The notes: a model not told the origin generated them from the sequence alone. Counted from the first letter of the whole stretch, positions 24,392 to 38,706 are shown. The stretch: DNA of 62,908 bases, filler included, from Choristocarpus tenellus KU-1152 (GCA_964200185.2; 9 parts of 9 records of this genome joined end to end with filler, not necessarily neighbours in it), one strand, 5' to 3'. A program made the numbers and translations.

Positions 24392-27215
24392 CTCTGCCCT
24401 GTTGGCGACACGTGGGTGTTTCCAGCTACTGTCCGTCATAAATATAACGCCTGAAGCAAAATGGATCCGTGTACACACACACACACACACACACACACAT
24501 GTTAGTTGGTGTAAGTTTTGAGAGCAGCTGGTCACAAAAAAGCAAAACGTAGTCTACTGGAGATGCCAACCAATTTTTGCCTTAGAAGTAGGCATCGAGC
24601 ACAACATGTCTTTAGATGTTACAAAAGCATGGACCAGAAGCTGATCACTCCCGCCCTCCGCAGAACAACACTATACTGTTTCTATTTTCATTTTTTCCAA
24701 AAGGAGTTGTAAGAAAACGCACTGGACCCCATCAGCCCCATCCATCCTTCCACGCACTATGACGGTCAACGGAGGAGTGCTGGAGTATGGGATAATCAGG
24801 AAATCCAGACCTTCCTCAACAATAGTCTCAATTTTGAGCTGTAGCATCCGTTTCCAGGCTTGGCTACATGCTGGTGTAGCAAATTCATCGTTGGTTGAAT
24901 ACAAATCAACATCTCCGCCATCTGTTGTTGCCCTGTCAGTTTCATCCCACAGTCACTAAGGCCAGACGTCTACCGCATGCACCAAGCAGTGTAATGACCA
25001 AAGATAGGCCTCTCTTTGTAAAGAAACCCCAAGTCTTCACCAAAATCAGCAAGGGATCTTCTTGCCCCTACTCACCACGTTCAAACGTCCTCGGCCAGGT
25101 TATCACGAGATCGACAGAGTGGGAAACTTCAACGGCCGAGTCTACTCCCTGACGACAAGTCTTACAATGAGAAAGAGTTATCATCAAGAGGAGGTTTGAA
25201 ATATACCAGATTGTCACGAGATCTACACATTGGAATTTCTACGACCGAGTCTACTCCCCAACGACAAGTCTTACAACAAGAAAGAGTTATCATCAAGAGG
25301 AGGTTCGAAATATACCAGATCGAGTCAGGCTATTGAGGTACATTGAAGGGGGAAACGTTCCACTTTGTACTTCGTAATGTATTCAAAAAGAGGGGAACAT
25401 GCCATTACTATCGTATCAACGAGATCAAGGACCTGATATAGTATCAACTAATCACGGAGTCTTCTTCCCAACATGATTTTGAATGAGGATATCTCGACTT
25501 CGCCTTTGTCGCTGTAGTAATAGACCTTACCTGAGGCACAACCAAAACATACCATGTCAGGCTTCATTCGTAGTAAGAGCAAAGGTAATATCAAAAGTTA
25601 ATGTCTTACCTGTCTCCGAGATGTCCAGGTCATTCAAGAAGCGCATGGGCTTTTCAACCTCTGGGGCCACTCCGCCAGCTGGCTTTCCCATGGCAGAAGG
25701 CAAATCTGTTAGTGAATTGACCTGCCAAGCGTTTGAATAAACTGTACATATTGAGTAATAATAGTTTGTTGTCATGCATTGCAGAGGTCAGTTGTGCAAT
25801 ACATGAAGTTGACTCTTCCTCGACGTGAACTATGGTGGTACTTGGTTGTCGTCAAAAGAACGAATATTTGATGCCATGATCTTGTGACTAAGAAAGGAAA
25901 AATATAGTGACATGGCGCTAGAGATTCCTTAATATAGGGAAGTTGCAACGCAAAGGGAAAAGGTCTTTGCGTGGCAAAAGTGTGGCGAAACTCTACCAGC
26001 TGTTTAGCGTAACCACCAGGCGAAAGATCCATGACAAAGAGGCCATGGTAGGCATCGAGAATATACAGCATCTTATCCTGTAGCCGCAGTCCTAATGGCC
26101 GACCACAGGCAGCCTCGTCTTCTGGAGAGAGCTCCTTGTCTCGAGCCTAGCACGGGTCGGGAAGAACCAGTATTAGAAATATTTTTGAAGCTGTGCAAGA
26201 TTGTCCAGGTTGGAGAGAGAGCGGGGAGTGCAGTGGCATGCGCGAGCTAAATCTGCGTGATAGCATGCTCGAGACAAGTGCACTGTTTGTCACATATGCA
26301 AAACAAAGCCCTGTCCCTCAGTAATGATATCCACCGACAATGCAGGGCGCGCCCTGCCATACTTAGCCTTGGGATGCCAGATATTTCTCCCGTTGCTATC
26401 GGCGATATTGTGTTGCCCATGAACTTCACAATTAGTTACATATTGCGAGACGTGGTTGGCACACACACCAGTTGCTGGCATGTTGTAAGCAGCTTGGATT
26501 GATAATCCAGACCATTCTTCGACTCAACAGCCCTCCCAGCTGCCGCAACAAAGCCCCCAGTGAAGAAAACCGACTTTGGATTTTCGCCTTGGGAGTCTAG
26601 GGCAATAACTCTCCCATCCCAAAGCCCTGTGTATATGGTATCATCTTGACCTGGTGGAGTGCGCAAGAATGAAAGAGCATCAAGAAAATTTGAGCCTCTA
26701 GGTTTGTTCGAGACGAGTCCATCCACAAATCTTGCCAGCCCTTGGGTGATGAAATACTCAAGGCATTGTCGTCAAACAGGGAAACAGGTAGCTCGCGCTC
26801 GGAGGGAGGAGACCGTCCTCACCAATGACAAATGCCTCTGGTGCAATTACATCTCCCTCGTGCAGGTGTACGGTCTCGAGAAGAGCATCATTTGGAGTCA
26901 AGGCTGCTTCCATCAACCGCAGAGGTGGTGGCTTCTCGGTCGGAGACGGTACGGCATGCATTGGTAGTATCGGTTAGTACGCAGAAATTCCTGTGCCATG
27001 TGCATCTCTCCGACGTATTGAGAACGGGGCAAGGCAAACCAGTAGTGATCTGTTGTATATACATGCAGAACATCGCTTTGCAATCGTAATATAGTCAAAC
27101 GTACATTTGCCCAACGGGTAGGCTCTAATGGGGTATGGGCTACAGCAAAGAAGATCGCCAGTGCAGCTGCGACAACAATGGGCACCAAAGCAGTCTTGTT
27201 ATCACCAGAGCCCAT
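24392..27215 (-). CDS. APMAP / strictosidine synthase-like beta-propeller protein, first six exons (3' truncated)
   Basis: Exons 27215-27105, 26934(or 26931)-26823, 26650-26469, 26146-25997, 25721-25610, 24450-24392. N-terminal signal anchor, then APEAF..IYTGLWDGRV, CGRPLGLR, LYILDAYHGL, RFLNDLDI..G.IFMTDSS family motifs. Confidence 0.92.
25103..25321. repeat. ~111-bp tandem duplication inside an intron
   Basis: TCACGAGATC..CCGAGTCTACTCCCC..GACAAGTCTTACAA..AGAAAGAGTTATCATCAAGAGGAGGTT.GAAATATACCAGAT occurs twice. Confidence 0.85.
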
Positions 27216-30200
27216 GGTTTCTTCGCCTCCCACTCTCCTCTAGAGGTACAACTATAATCCAAAAGTGTTTTGCAATTTTCTTTTTTACAGATGCGCGATT
27301 GTGTAGGATACCCACACAAGATTGGTGTCCCTAACTCCCTCCTTACAACTTAACGAGCCCTACCTACCTCTTACATGTATCTCTACTACCGAATAGAGCC
27401 AGTTTTCGGATATTTTTATGTCCGCAATTGCACGATGGCGAGCGAGTGGCGCGAACGATTTTGTGAGAGGGTTATTGTTATTTATTTTAGACATACAGCA
27501 AACAAGTGTCTTAATGATACTCTCAAGCCACCTCCCTCCTCTCCACGACTATTTGAGTTCAGTACTTGAATCCCACTTCATACCGTCGGCAATCGATGTT
27601 TATAGTCTGGCATTGTTTTCCTCAAAAATAGTACCCATTGTTCCCAGTGCGATGAGGTCCCTCAGGATGTTCGAGAAAGTGGGTTTATAGGCAATCGTAC
27701 CAAGGAAACCATTTTTTTTTCACGTTGTTCCTGTCACACAAAGTGCACAACATGGGTGGGGTTGTGGTCCAAAGTCAATGTGGGCGCATAGGGGGGTAAG
27801 GAATTCACTTTCCTCGGAAATTACGACGCGTAAAAGATGTGGGTGGTTTTGAGCTGCGGGATCCAAGGGAAGGAGGTGGGAGTGTAGCCTGCTATCCATT
27901 TGTGTTGCCGTGTTCGTATCTGTGCCTCAGACTCCCGTGCAGCAAATATGCCATTTCTGTTTTCCGTGGTTTTCCCCTCGCAACAATATCCTCTTGTGTG
28001 CTCGACCCCAGTATCTCAACTTGCAAGTTAGTTCATTGCCTTTTGTCAACAATATTGCACCCGTCTCGAGAGCTACACGCACGCACAACATATGACAATG
28101 GTGTGGAGTGATAATCTTGCCAAGTATTCCTGAGTCTCGTCTCACTTGCAACGACTATAATGAATTACTGGCGATTTTCAATGGCCAGGATGTGGTACTG
28201 CAGATTTCAATGCTGTAAGTGGATAACAGTCAAGGGTATGGGAGAAGAGAAGAGGATGACCCGTCAGGTAGTACCCTCAGAGCAGTCCTTGGAGGAAAGA
28301 AACAATGGGAGGGTTGTGCTGGGGTAAACCCGTGGGGGCTATGCAGGAGGAAAAAGAGACAACAACCGCCACTAGGCAGGAGCCGCGCGAGGAGGAAAGG
28401 TACAGCGTGGGGGCTCTATGATCTGTGCCTCGGAAAAAAGAGGGAAAGCTTCGTTAGCCAGCAGTCATGGTGCTCCCACAACCCCTGGAGGAATGGCACG
28501 AGGTGGGGCTATGCTAGGGTAGAAGGAGTAAGCTGTGCCGGGAGGGTGTTTGTGTATGCCTGTATAAAATGTAATGATCGAGCTAAGCGCGTATGTATAG
28601 TTATGGCCATACACGTAAATTTGACCTTCAAAGTGACAAACAAGGAATTCTAAACTACTACAGAGTCATAACAGGCCAGGGCCCTGTCAGGCAGTATGTA
28701 AACACAAGTCACACTCTGTACCATCCCCTCAACAACGCGAAAAAAATAAACTGTTGGTGTTGAGGTTAAAGTTAGGGTTAGGATAGGAATGTCAGGGGAG
28801 ACCAATGAGCAGAGCTCAACCTTGGAAGAATGGAGTGTGGTCCTTCCAGCAGAAAATGAATGCAACAACCTGTGCGAGACTGGAACATATGCCTGAATCT
28901 GCTTGAGGTTACAATAATTCTTCTGTCACAGCATGAGTACAAATGTGAAATGCTTTCGTCACAACCATACCTACCTGTACATTCAACATCTTAACATCTT
29001 CAACTGATCAAGAATTGTCTGGTCATAATCAACCTCCTCGAAACAACCGAACACACTCAACCCTGTCAACTAATGAGCCCAACATGCCAACCAGTTGAAA
29101 AGTTCAAAATACGGTTTCCACACAATAAAGGCACGCTCCTTAGTACCACTACTACCACACATTAAAACTTACCGTTAGCATCTATCTGACTGAAGATCAC
29201 GATACCAAACCTTCAACTTCAATCCTCTTCACCCCCGCAATCCATACCTATTGTCCAATAACACATACCAAGGGAAATTTATACACACCTAACTTTTTCT
29301 TTTTTCGCAGTGGTCTAACTCAGGCAAATGCCCTTGGATTGAAGAAGCAATGACATAGAAATAGGGTGGATTTCGTCTCACTCAGAGTCTGTTGTTTTTG
29401 TCTCTGATTTCGTGATCCCATGGAGATGAACCCACATGATCTATATAGCTACTCAATTCCTCTCTTTTATTTTTCGTTAATGAGCACGGAATTCAAAACT
29501 AACCAAGTACTCCGGAGTAGTTGTTAGTCCGAGAAGTATTAGTGCAGTGTGTGGTGGTTTTGGTCACGTGATGGGATACCTTTAGACTCCTGGAGTGTCA
29601 TTTACCACTACTTACTGCAATCAACCTGTTAAGAGTATGTTCTACAACTAATTGCAGGAGTTCGTCAAGTGCATCAATGAACGCATGCAAGGATGGCGAC
29701 CGCACCTATCTGCAACATCTACAATCAATGCAATAGCACATCTCCGCTTGACCAAAGCTTCTATCCACAATTTCAACCTGCTTACCCTAACCAGCCCCCG
29801 CAATTCCATCCATGGATCCTACAACTCATTCAATAATACAACTGCATACCGCAGTAGGGTAGCGTACATTCTTTAGTCAATGTAGGACTAACCATCAGTA
29901 TGTCGTTAAGAACCTCAAGACCAATCCTTCAACTTCAACCTTCCTTAACCCTTCTCCTCATACCTCCATGTTAATCTGTCTTTGTTTGTACCTGATTTTG
30001 TGACCCCTTGTAGATGACAGAATAGATGACAAAACCACTTCTATGTGGACTTCCCATTTCTTGTTTAGTTTTTCCTTTGTATATTCAACCTGTACTGCTG
30101 CTTTAACACTGTGTGGAAGCATGGTAAGGCCAAAGGGGATCCTGTTGTATTGTCTCGCCCATGGGCTTGGTTGAGTTATAAGTACAACAGCACAACGCGA

Positions 30201-33200
30201 TAGTCATCAACTTGAATCACACTCAGCATTGAGCGCTTCTTCTGTATCTGTTGAACTAGACAGGTGGAATCGAATGTCCCTCCCAGGTTTATCGATTTCT
30301 GAATGCTGCTGGGTACTAATTAGGCCAAAACATACACTGGCATGTAGAAGCAGCACTTCACACACACCAGAGTGGCATAGGATAGTGCTTGAATGAGTGG
30401 AGCATAGCATTGAAGCAGCGTGCTGCAAGGAGTAAGGGTCACATTCCCAACTTTTTGTGGGTGGTTTTGTAGTAGTATTCAAGCTATGTAAGCGAGGTAC
30501 CAGTCCAAACCTGGTGAGTGCTTGGACTGGGCCGAGGTGAGTGGTCGCTACAGAGACCCCCCACGTTTAGCGGGTCCAGAATATCATTTCTGGAGCAGAT
30601 AGGGATGTAAGTGTGCCCCGCCTGTGATTTTATACCAACTTCGCATTGAATGTCGCCATACATTTGAAGGAGTAATTTCAATATGTGAATAACCAGGGAG
30701 AAAAGACTGCCGTTCTGGATGTACGTAGAACAGGGGCCAGTTATGAGGTGTTTGTAGGCTGGATTAGATTTGGAGAAAATGAAAGGTCATGTATAACTCT
30801 ACCTTCTGTTCTAGAGGATGCCCCTACAATACATTTTAGGAAGCAGTAGAAGCACACCAAAGTGTGCAAGGCTATTCAATGTCTTCATTGGATTGATATT
30901 TGGTTTGAGTCTGTCTTTTGCAGTGAGTGTGAGCATTCAGTTTGGTCTTTCAATCGAGTCTACATGCTGTAGTACCTTTATTTTTCAATATTACGCATCT
31001 GTGGTTCTTTTTCAACCCCAAGAAGAGGTTGTTTGTCATATGTGCTTGTCAATACTGGTTCTCAAATAGTTGTGGTATTGAAAAGGTTTACTGTATTGCG
31101 TTTGTGTGACTGAGATAGAGGACGTGACAATAATACCTGTAGTCAATAGTGAAGCATTAGGTTTTGGCTGAGGATTGACTAGACATTATGGGTGGAGGAG
31201 ATGAGTCGCTTGTGCCCACCTGATTCATGCTCTCCTCAAGATTGTTTGGATATCGGAGACTATTAGTACAACTACTACTGTGATATTGGGTTTATCCTGG
31301 ACACATTAGTCCACTTTGACATGCTATCTAGCACTCGTTGAGTGCATTGTAAAGCCAGTTGTGTTATAGCTGCCTTGGGAGATTGTCCAGTGATGGAAAG
31401 AAGCAAGGAACCTACTTAAATGACACCACCGCAGATGGTCTTGGACACCAATTTTTCTTCGACAAGAGTGCTTGAGATTGAGCTAGTTGGCGGTAGCAAT
31501 GGTGAAGGTTAAGTGAAACTCAAGGATATTGATGGTACCTTTCGAGATAGTCTCAGGGAAAGGTGGTGAAGGACCATGTTCTGCACTATTGCCAAGAGAT
31601 TGGAGGCGGCAGCAGCTAACAGGGGATGGTTGCGAGGTTTAATGACCAGGCGACCAAGTATAATTCTTGGTCAGACCCAAAGCATTTAAGGGGGGTAGAA
31701 ATTTACCCCTCTTTGTCCACTCGGAGCTTGGCTTTCCAAAGGTTTTTATTCCTTTTTCGGTTTTCTATGTGAACACAGATAAAATGTTCACAATTATGAA
31801 CGGTGTGTCCAGAGTCGTCACGGCTTCGATGATTCGAGATACGGTATCTACTCACACACGTATGTGGTCAATTTCCGAGTATGGTATCTGCTTCCAAACC
31901 AATGCGACTGATTTGCGCGTATCCATTCCCACAACACTGATCCTCCCAAAAAGCTCCATCTCCATCCAGAATAATACTTTCATCCTATGACACCCCGAAT
32001 AGATCCAAAACACTCCACATTCATTCACTCCTATACCATGCCTTTGAGCTAGAAGACATCTGCCCCCCCCAAGCTTGACCTTCCCCACCAGCATCGCCCC
32101 TCTCGTTCATGAGTAATCAAGAGGGTGGGTGGGCGGGAAAGATTGCACAGTAATTGCCTTGAGCCTACCCCCTAGGTTCTTTCCAAGAGTATGCATTTTT
32201 TCTTTCCGTTTTTGTTCTGTCCACTCTCATCCTACCCTTTGCATTTCAATGCCGCTCATTCCATTAACTTTCTCGATTACAAGATCTCTGCCCTAAAGCC
32301 GTCCAAGGTTCAACCTTTTGTCTACTCTCCCTACATTTCTTCTTTTCCTCCTATAGAAAGTCAGCTGGTTTATTCATCTACCATGTCGAATTTTCCAGCG
32401 CACAAAACTCAGGATACTTCATGAACTTTCACTTTATTTTTCAAGTTTAGTACTTCGAGTAGTCTACTTTTTCACCACTACAACAGGTAAGAGTGTGTAC
32501 AGTCTGTGCCAAAACAATTTCTGTCTGTGCTCCTCGCACAGGTGGCATGTTGGAATGTGATCCTTGAAGCTCTTGGATCACTGTATTGTTGATGTTGGAT
32601 TTGCTTTGATCCTTACGCAAGTATCATTTTATCATTTTTAATTGTTATCTTCTTGGCCCACCTTGGGGCCAGGTGTCTACATGGATCAATTCTTCAAGAC
32701 TAAGCTATCATCAAGCACCAACCAAGAAATGGAGGACAAAAAAGGAGACGGATATTTTTTATGTTTTCTTCTGACAATGTTTTGAAAAATCCGTCACAAC
32801 AAAAATGATATATTGATGGATTAAGGTAAATCCAATACCAGCTGCTGCCCAGCCGCAATATGATTTAAGCATTGACACGTTTTTGTATTTGAAACCCTCT
32901 TCTTTGCCGTTTGTTTATAATTTTCATATCGACACCCTAGTGAAAATTACTCCTATATTTCTGTATTTGTTCAACTCCTTACCTACAGGAGTATCGGTAA
33001 TGTAAATTTACTAACAGATGGATTCCTTTGTTTGAAGTATGCATGGTGAGGAAAAACTCCATTCCACTGATATTAGCTTAGTCTAACATGCCTAGACATG
33101 AACATCGCTTGTCTTTGGTGCAAACATCACCTCTTTGTGGCAAAGAAGAATAGACTAGGGAAAAATAAATCAAACTGCAATATGATGAACCTTGCGCATA

Positions 33201-34667
33201 ACAACTGCACACTATTAGCCACCAGTACCTTGTTCTAGAAAAAAGGAAGATTTGAAAAGCTACACGAAAGGTTAGTAGGTGGGCCCATCAGTTTTTTTGG
33301 AGCTTTAGAATTAGTATTGTCTTGCGGATGAGGAATGTTGATCATTTACTTTTAGAACATTGTCTGTGTTACTCATTGCATGGAACAAATCAACGCGTTC
33401 AATATGAAATTCAAGGGTTCTCCGTGATCATAACTCTCTCTAAGACAACTGCTCATGTCACCATGTGGAATTCCCTCCTACCACCACACTTCCAGCGCCT
33501 TGTTTATGCATTGAAGGATAAGAGTATCAGCCTAATGCTTCTGTTTTTAAGACTTCACTCGCAGTAGAGTTGCGTTGGGCACACACGCACATCCTGGCCT
33601 GGACCATGAATGTTCTGGGACAACAATCAGTCCCCAATCAAACAAACTCCCTACCATATCTCTCCTCTCTTTCAAACCACTCTGCCCCCCCCAATAAAGA
33701 CCTCAATTAACCCCTTCATCGGGGTAGGCATTTTTCCATTCTTGAAGTCATGGGCCCATCGAAGGGGTTTCATTTATAGGGCAAAAGTGCATGACTAAAT
33801 GCTGCAAGACTCAGACACATAACTATGCAATCAAATGACTCCTGGATGATTCCTCCCTCAACTGACCACCCACTGATGCCCATCCCGGTCCCCACCACCC
33901 ACCCTCACCCCCCTCCACTTGTCTGCCTTCCCATAGTCAACGCACAACCACCTCCCCTCACACAGCGGTTCAAACATCTGAGCTATGTTAGTAATTTCTT
34001 CATTAGGGCAGGGGATGAGGGAACATGTGAGGCAAGGGAAGAGTGAGGGGCGGTGGGAGCACAGACCACAGACATAATACTAATGCCCTTCACCCTTTCC
34101 CCAATGCACAACACAAGCCCATAACTAAAAGTAAATAAAGGGAGGTGGAGCTCAACTCACAGCCCCCCCACCCCTCCCCACCATGACAAGCTTCAACTCC
34201 ATAAGACACTTGCAGTATGGTTGAGACCCTACAGTTGCCACAATCACCACAGCAGTGAAAAGCAATGCTACACCACAAACCACACGTCACATCACCCCCC
34301 CCCCTCCCCCCTTCCCCCCTCCTCCTTCCAGCTCCACTTAGGTAATTCTCATGCAAGATTGACCCCACCACATGGCCAAATCCAAAGGCGAACAGCCCAG
34401 CATCGCCTTTCCATCCCCCGCTCTTACTCAGTGCATGATGATCATCAGACACAATGAGTATTTTGCCTGTACTTTTAACCCAGCTTGTGAAACACCACCC
34501 TGCTTCACTTACTCTCCCCTCCACCCTGCTACTCCGCTATGCCTACAATAGTGGCTGCAAAGTCTGACCCCAACAGCCTTCACTCCCCTCCCCCACACCC
34601 CACCCCTCCACTCCCCCACTTGGTCTCATCCTTCTATATGCCCATATCACCGCTTGCTGTGGGTGTA

Positions 34668-34767
34668 NNNNNNNNNNNNNNNNNNNNNNNNNNNNNNNNN
34701 NNNNNNNNNNNTTAATTAATTAANNNNNNNNNNNNNNNNNNNNNNNNNNNNNNNNNNNNNNNNNNNN
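34668..34767. other. Artificial contig spacer
   Basis: 44 N + TTAATTAATTAA + 44 N. Confidence 0.98.
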
Positions 34768-34791
34768 TTTTTTTTTTTGATGAGCTTGGGT

Positions 34792-34834
<43 letters not shown>

Positions 34835-36145
34835 AGGAGGGATGCCCATGGGAAGCCCATGAAGGTGAGATTCTTCTTTACTCAGTCAGTAGGTATCAGT
34901 CAATTAGAAATAAAAGAGGAGCTCGAACAACCAGATTAAAGCCACTCCAGTATGAATAGGACCACGAGAGGAATTGTTGTACACAGATCCCCTATGCTCA
35001 ACAACTAGGTGTTCGGAGTAAGGATGTAGAAGCTTTGCATCATGGGGTGCACAAGAATCTGAGAATGAATGGAAAGGGGGATGATGTGTGAGGGTCGTTG
35101 AGAGGGATTAAGTTTCAAAGACACCATCCACTCCTGCGCTGAAAGCCTGTGCTTGTCCATTTGGAATACGAATCAGGTCAGCCCTTAGTTCAATATTAGA
35201 TAGGACAAGACATACTTGAGTGGGGTTTTAAAAAAAGAAAATCCATACGGGTTAGGGACATCAACAAAACATTTTAAAATGTTAAAAAAAGAATCTAAGT
35301 AAAATGGATTTCAGTCTGCCATACAATATAAATCAACCTCGATTGACTGTACAGTGTGTTTGATAGGGCTGGGTAAACCAAAAAAAATGTTGAAATGGTT
35401 CCACTACTGGAATAGGCTTTGGACCCATCATTTGACTGAAATATCCACGAAAATATATATATTGATGAGAATACCAGGGTCAGGGCTCACATGAAGACAA
35501 TGTATATAAGGTCATCTGAGTAGGCTCAGACTGTCGACGATTTCCAAGCACATATGTTAAAAATAAATAAAAAAAAAAAAGGACAGCAATCAATAACAGT
35601 CACCTTAAGTCAAACCAGACCCATTTCACCAAGTATTGGACACTGTCTGGTTTGTGGTAAAACTGTCTGGACAGGTTACAATACTTTCTGAAATGTTCAG
35701 ACCAGGGTTACCAGATGTTGTGCTCGGTTCAGGGTCAATCTCCATTCACGTGAATATTAATATTAAAATAGTCAGAAAGGTTTTTGACTATTTAAGGGTG
35801 AAACCGCTCTACATTGTTTCTGACTTGTGACAGGAAGTGGCTGTGGTCGGTGACTTGAAGGAATGTGTAAGAAAACACCTGGCCATTCAAACATGCACTC
35901 TGGGTTAAAAAATGGAGTATTTCAGATTAATTGAAAAATATTTTTCATTATTTATATTCTTATTATTGTTGATATTCGTCTGAAAGGTCCCAGATCCATG
36001 GTCAAAAGAAAGCAATACGCACTGCTTTAGAAATACAAACACCAGCTAAGAAAAACAGTTAAGAGAACCAAGAAGAGGGTTTATCCATGGCTATCGACTA
36101 TTTAGACATGGATGGGACACAGATCGGTCTGGTACTGATAAGTAA

Positions 36146-36312
36146 CTGTCAACATTTCCAGACCATAGGCTGTCCTGGTCTACCACTATATTCTAACAAA
36201 GCTGGTCCATGACTCTCAACTGTCTGTTTCAACATGTCATGGCCACAGGTCACCCAGTGGCCATGACCTGGACCCCAACCATCCTCACTGCCCAGACTTT
36301 TGAAAAGTCCTG
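36146..36312 (-). repeat. Dispersed repeat, homologous to 61785-61970
   Basis: Its reverse complement (CAGGAC.TTTCA..ATGGTTGGGGTC..CATGGCCAC..CCTGTGG..GACATGTTGAAA..CATGGAC..AAATGTTGACAG) aligns with the copy on the last contig. Confidence 0.7.
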
Positions 36313-37552
36313 AAAAAAGTGAGTTTGGAATGCCTTTCTCATTGGGATACAATAGGGGCAAAATGGACCCCGGCACCCCCCCCCCCAGATACTCTGAGCC
36401 AATACTCTATGGGCTGACATGTGGCTGACAGAGGGGGGCCTAGCAATGTGAAATAGGGAGGGTTTTCATATGCATGCAATCATCCACAGCCAACTATGAG
36501 ATGATAAGGGGTGATAGATGTCCTCCACTCAGTAAAGACATCTACAAGAGCAATTATATCGGAGCTATTGCTCTCGCCTGCACTCACAGACCAGCGTATG
36601 TGTGCATGGTTGACCCAATGTACCACCTTGAACATGAGAAAAAGCACAACCACCCTCTTCTGGTTCTAAGTAGAGGCTGAGTCCAGCCTCAAGTCTCTCC
36701 TATGGTCCCCGTTGTTATGGGTCGTACAATGCACTACAAAGTATACAATGTATAACAATCTCCTTGAGAGTTGTGACCTTGCCAACATATTGGTCGAATG
36801 GGAATATGTCCCCCAGCCCGCCTTCCACCTTCAATCACAGCACATGTTGAATGAACTGTGACAACATCAAACCTCCCACAAAGTTGATGGAACATACGAT
36901 AATCATCATACAGGTAGAGTACCTCATGGATATGTTTAGAGTTAGGGTCAGGGATAGGGTTGTACCAAGTTACAAGCATCAAACTTCAAGTTACAACCAT
37001 TGCGCAAGGAGTCACAAGTCCCTCGCAAACTCATGTACAAAAATACAACACAAGGGTGCATCCAGCATCTTCAGCGAGAAGGATGTAGCAAACGTACAAA
37101 CTCGCATGCATCAGGACAAATCAGTAGTATAGATTGTACTCTCTGGATTACACAAAAAGTCCTCTATCAATCAGCAGGGAGGTTATGAAAAAAAAAAACT
37201 CGAATGCAAAAAAGTATTTCCTGTGGAAAAAAATAAATCAGGAGGTGCCACACCTTTGTTGCACAAAATTTTAAATGAACACCAGCATAAAAGGGGGCGA
37301 ATCTTGCTTTCGACATTGTAGTGGGGAAGGGGTGGAACAATGGTAACTACTCTAAATATTTGTGACGTACGAGAGTCGCTTCTTCATATCTACCGTTGTA
37401 CTTCGAACAAAAAAAAGTGCAGTAGAGAGTGCAATTGAACCATTCCAATCAAATGCTGTTCTACAACCTCTCGTAAGAGCAGAAAACAAAAATGATCAAA
37501 TAAATTACTCTGGAGGAATATTATACAATCAAAGAGGTTGTAGCGCAATTGA

Positions 37553-38520
37553 TCACCTCCGATATACCAAGGATCTCATGCCACACATTACTATCCCTAC
37601 AACAAACCCTGTGGCGTTCCCCATCAGTAGCCCCCCCAGCACAGCTGGAAGTGAATCCCCCCTTGATTCTGCAAGCAGCGATGCCGTTGCAGCAGAAGCG
37701 AAGCAACCAAGACCCCATCCTCTTACACCAAAGGCGCCAAACGTCCGACCCAGCTGCATTAGAACACATCCCCCTGCAGAGATGGCGAGGGGTACCAGCC
37801 GCCCCACAGTTCCAGCTCCTATAAGATGTCCTGGGGACGGGCTAAGGGAGGGGCCATACTCATCATACCTTTGATTAATGCAAGGATGAGGAGGTAATCG
37901 CATACGAATGTGGTCAGCGTTTGTTGAAGTAGGCAGGAATGGAACGGGCTCACAGGTTATTGTGCTATGTTTCATTACAAAAATTCTTCCACAGCACCTC
38001 CAGGTCGCAGGGGGTTCACCTAAGATCAAAATTAAGCAAATCAAGCAAACCATTGCCACAACATTGGGGCTCACCTCTTCCGAAGCTTAGGATCGCGCAG
38101 AACCTCGTGGGCCTTCTTCAAGTGACGGAAGACCTCAGGGTCCCCGCCTTTGTCTGGATGTGCTCGAAGACTCGCCTTTCGGTACGCCCTGACCAGCCAT
38201 ATTTGAGGAAGGAGGTCGAGACAACGAAGGAGAAAGAAGGATACAAGCGCCACCCATCAACATCTCCTAGCACTGGCGAGGGTTTAAAGAGATGGAAAAG
38301 AAGCACAACAGGCAACAAGAAATGAATTCTAAGATGAGTTGTTACCCAGCTCAAAGAGGAGCAGAAGGGAGCTGGAAACATCGCATTGATCAATCTATTT
38401 GTAGTCGACGGAATCCATGGCTTCTTGACTGATAAACATCCCATACCTGTCGATATCCTCTGTCGTTGCCATGTGGCATACTCCTAGGGAATCGTAGTAA
38501 CTCACGAACTGTTGAGACAT
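37553..38520 (-). CDS. Small J-domain (DnaJ class C) protein with hydrophobic Gly-rich C-terminus, 3 exons, 167 aa
   Basis: Exons 38520-38447, 38188-38075, 37868-37553 (504 nt). MSQQFVSYYDSLGV..EDIDRAYRKASLRAHPDKGGDPEVFRHLKKAHEVLRDPKLRKRYDEYG with an intact HPD motif. Confidence 0.9.
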
Positions 38521-38706
38521 AGCTCACTGAGGGGGGAACGCAAGCACTCCCTTCCTTTCAATAGTTGCGATGAGGGTGTGTTGAGTATGTGGGTATTATG
38601 GAACGCATGTTTGTCTGTTATTATACCGTTATTGCCGTATGCGATATACCGTTATACCGTGGTACTGAGTGAGGTTCCCAGTCAAGAGTCCATGATTTCA
38701 CATTGA

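Noticed and set aside
30200-33250. Possible retrotransposon or transposase coding relics (also 47000-47750, 48735-48983, 50000-50600, 56800-57500, 60700-61300)
   Set aside because: Coding-like composition, but I could not read a convincing RT, integrase or DDE motif; needs a frameshift-aware HMM search.
34792-34833. Long poly-G tracts as functional G-quadruplexes
   Set aside because: Common throughout, adjacent to contig ends and gaps, and homopolymer lengths are unreliable.
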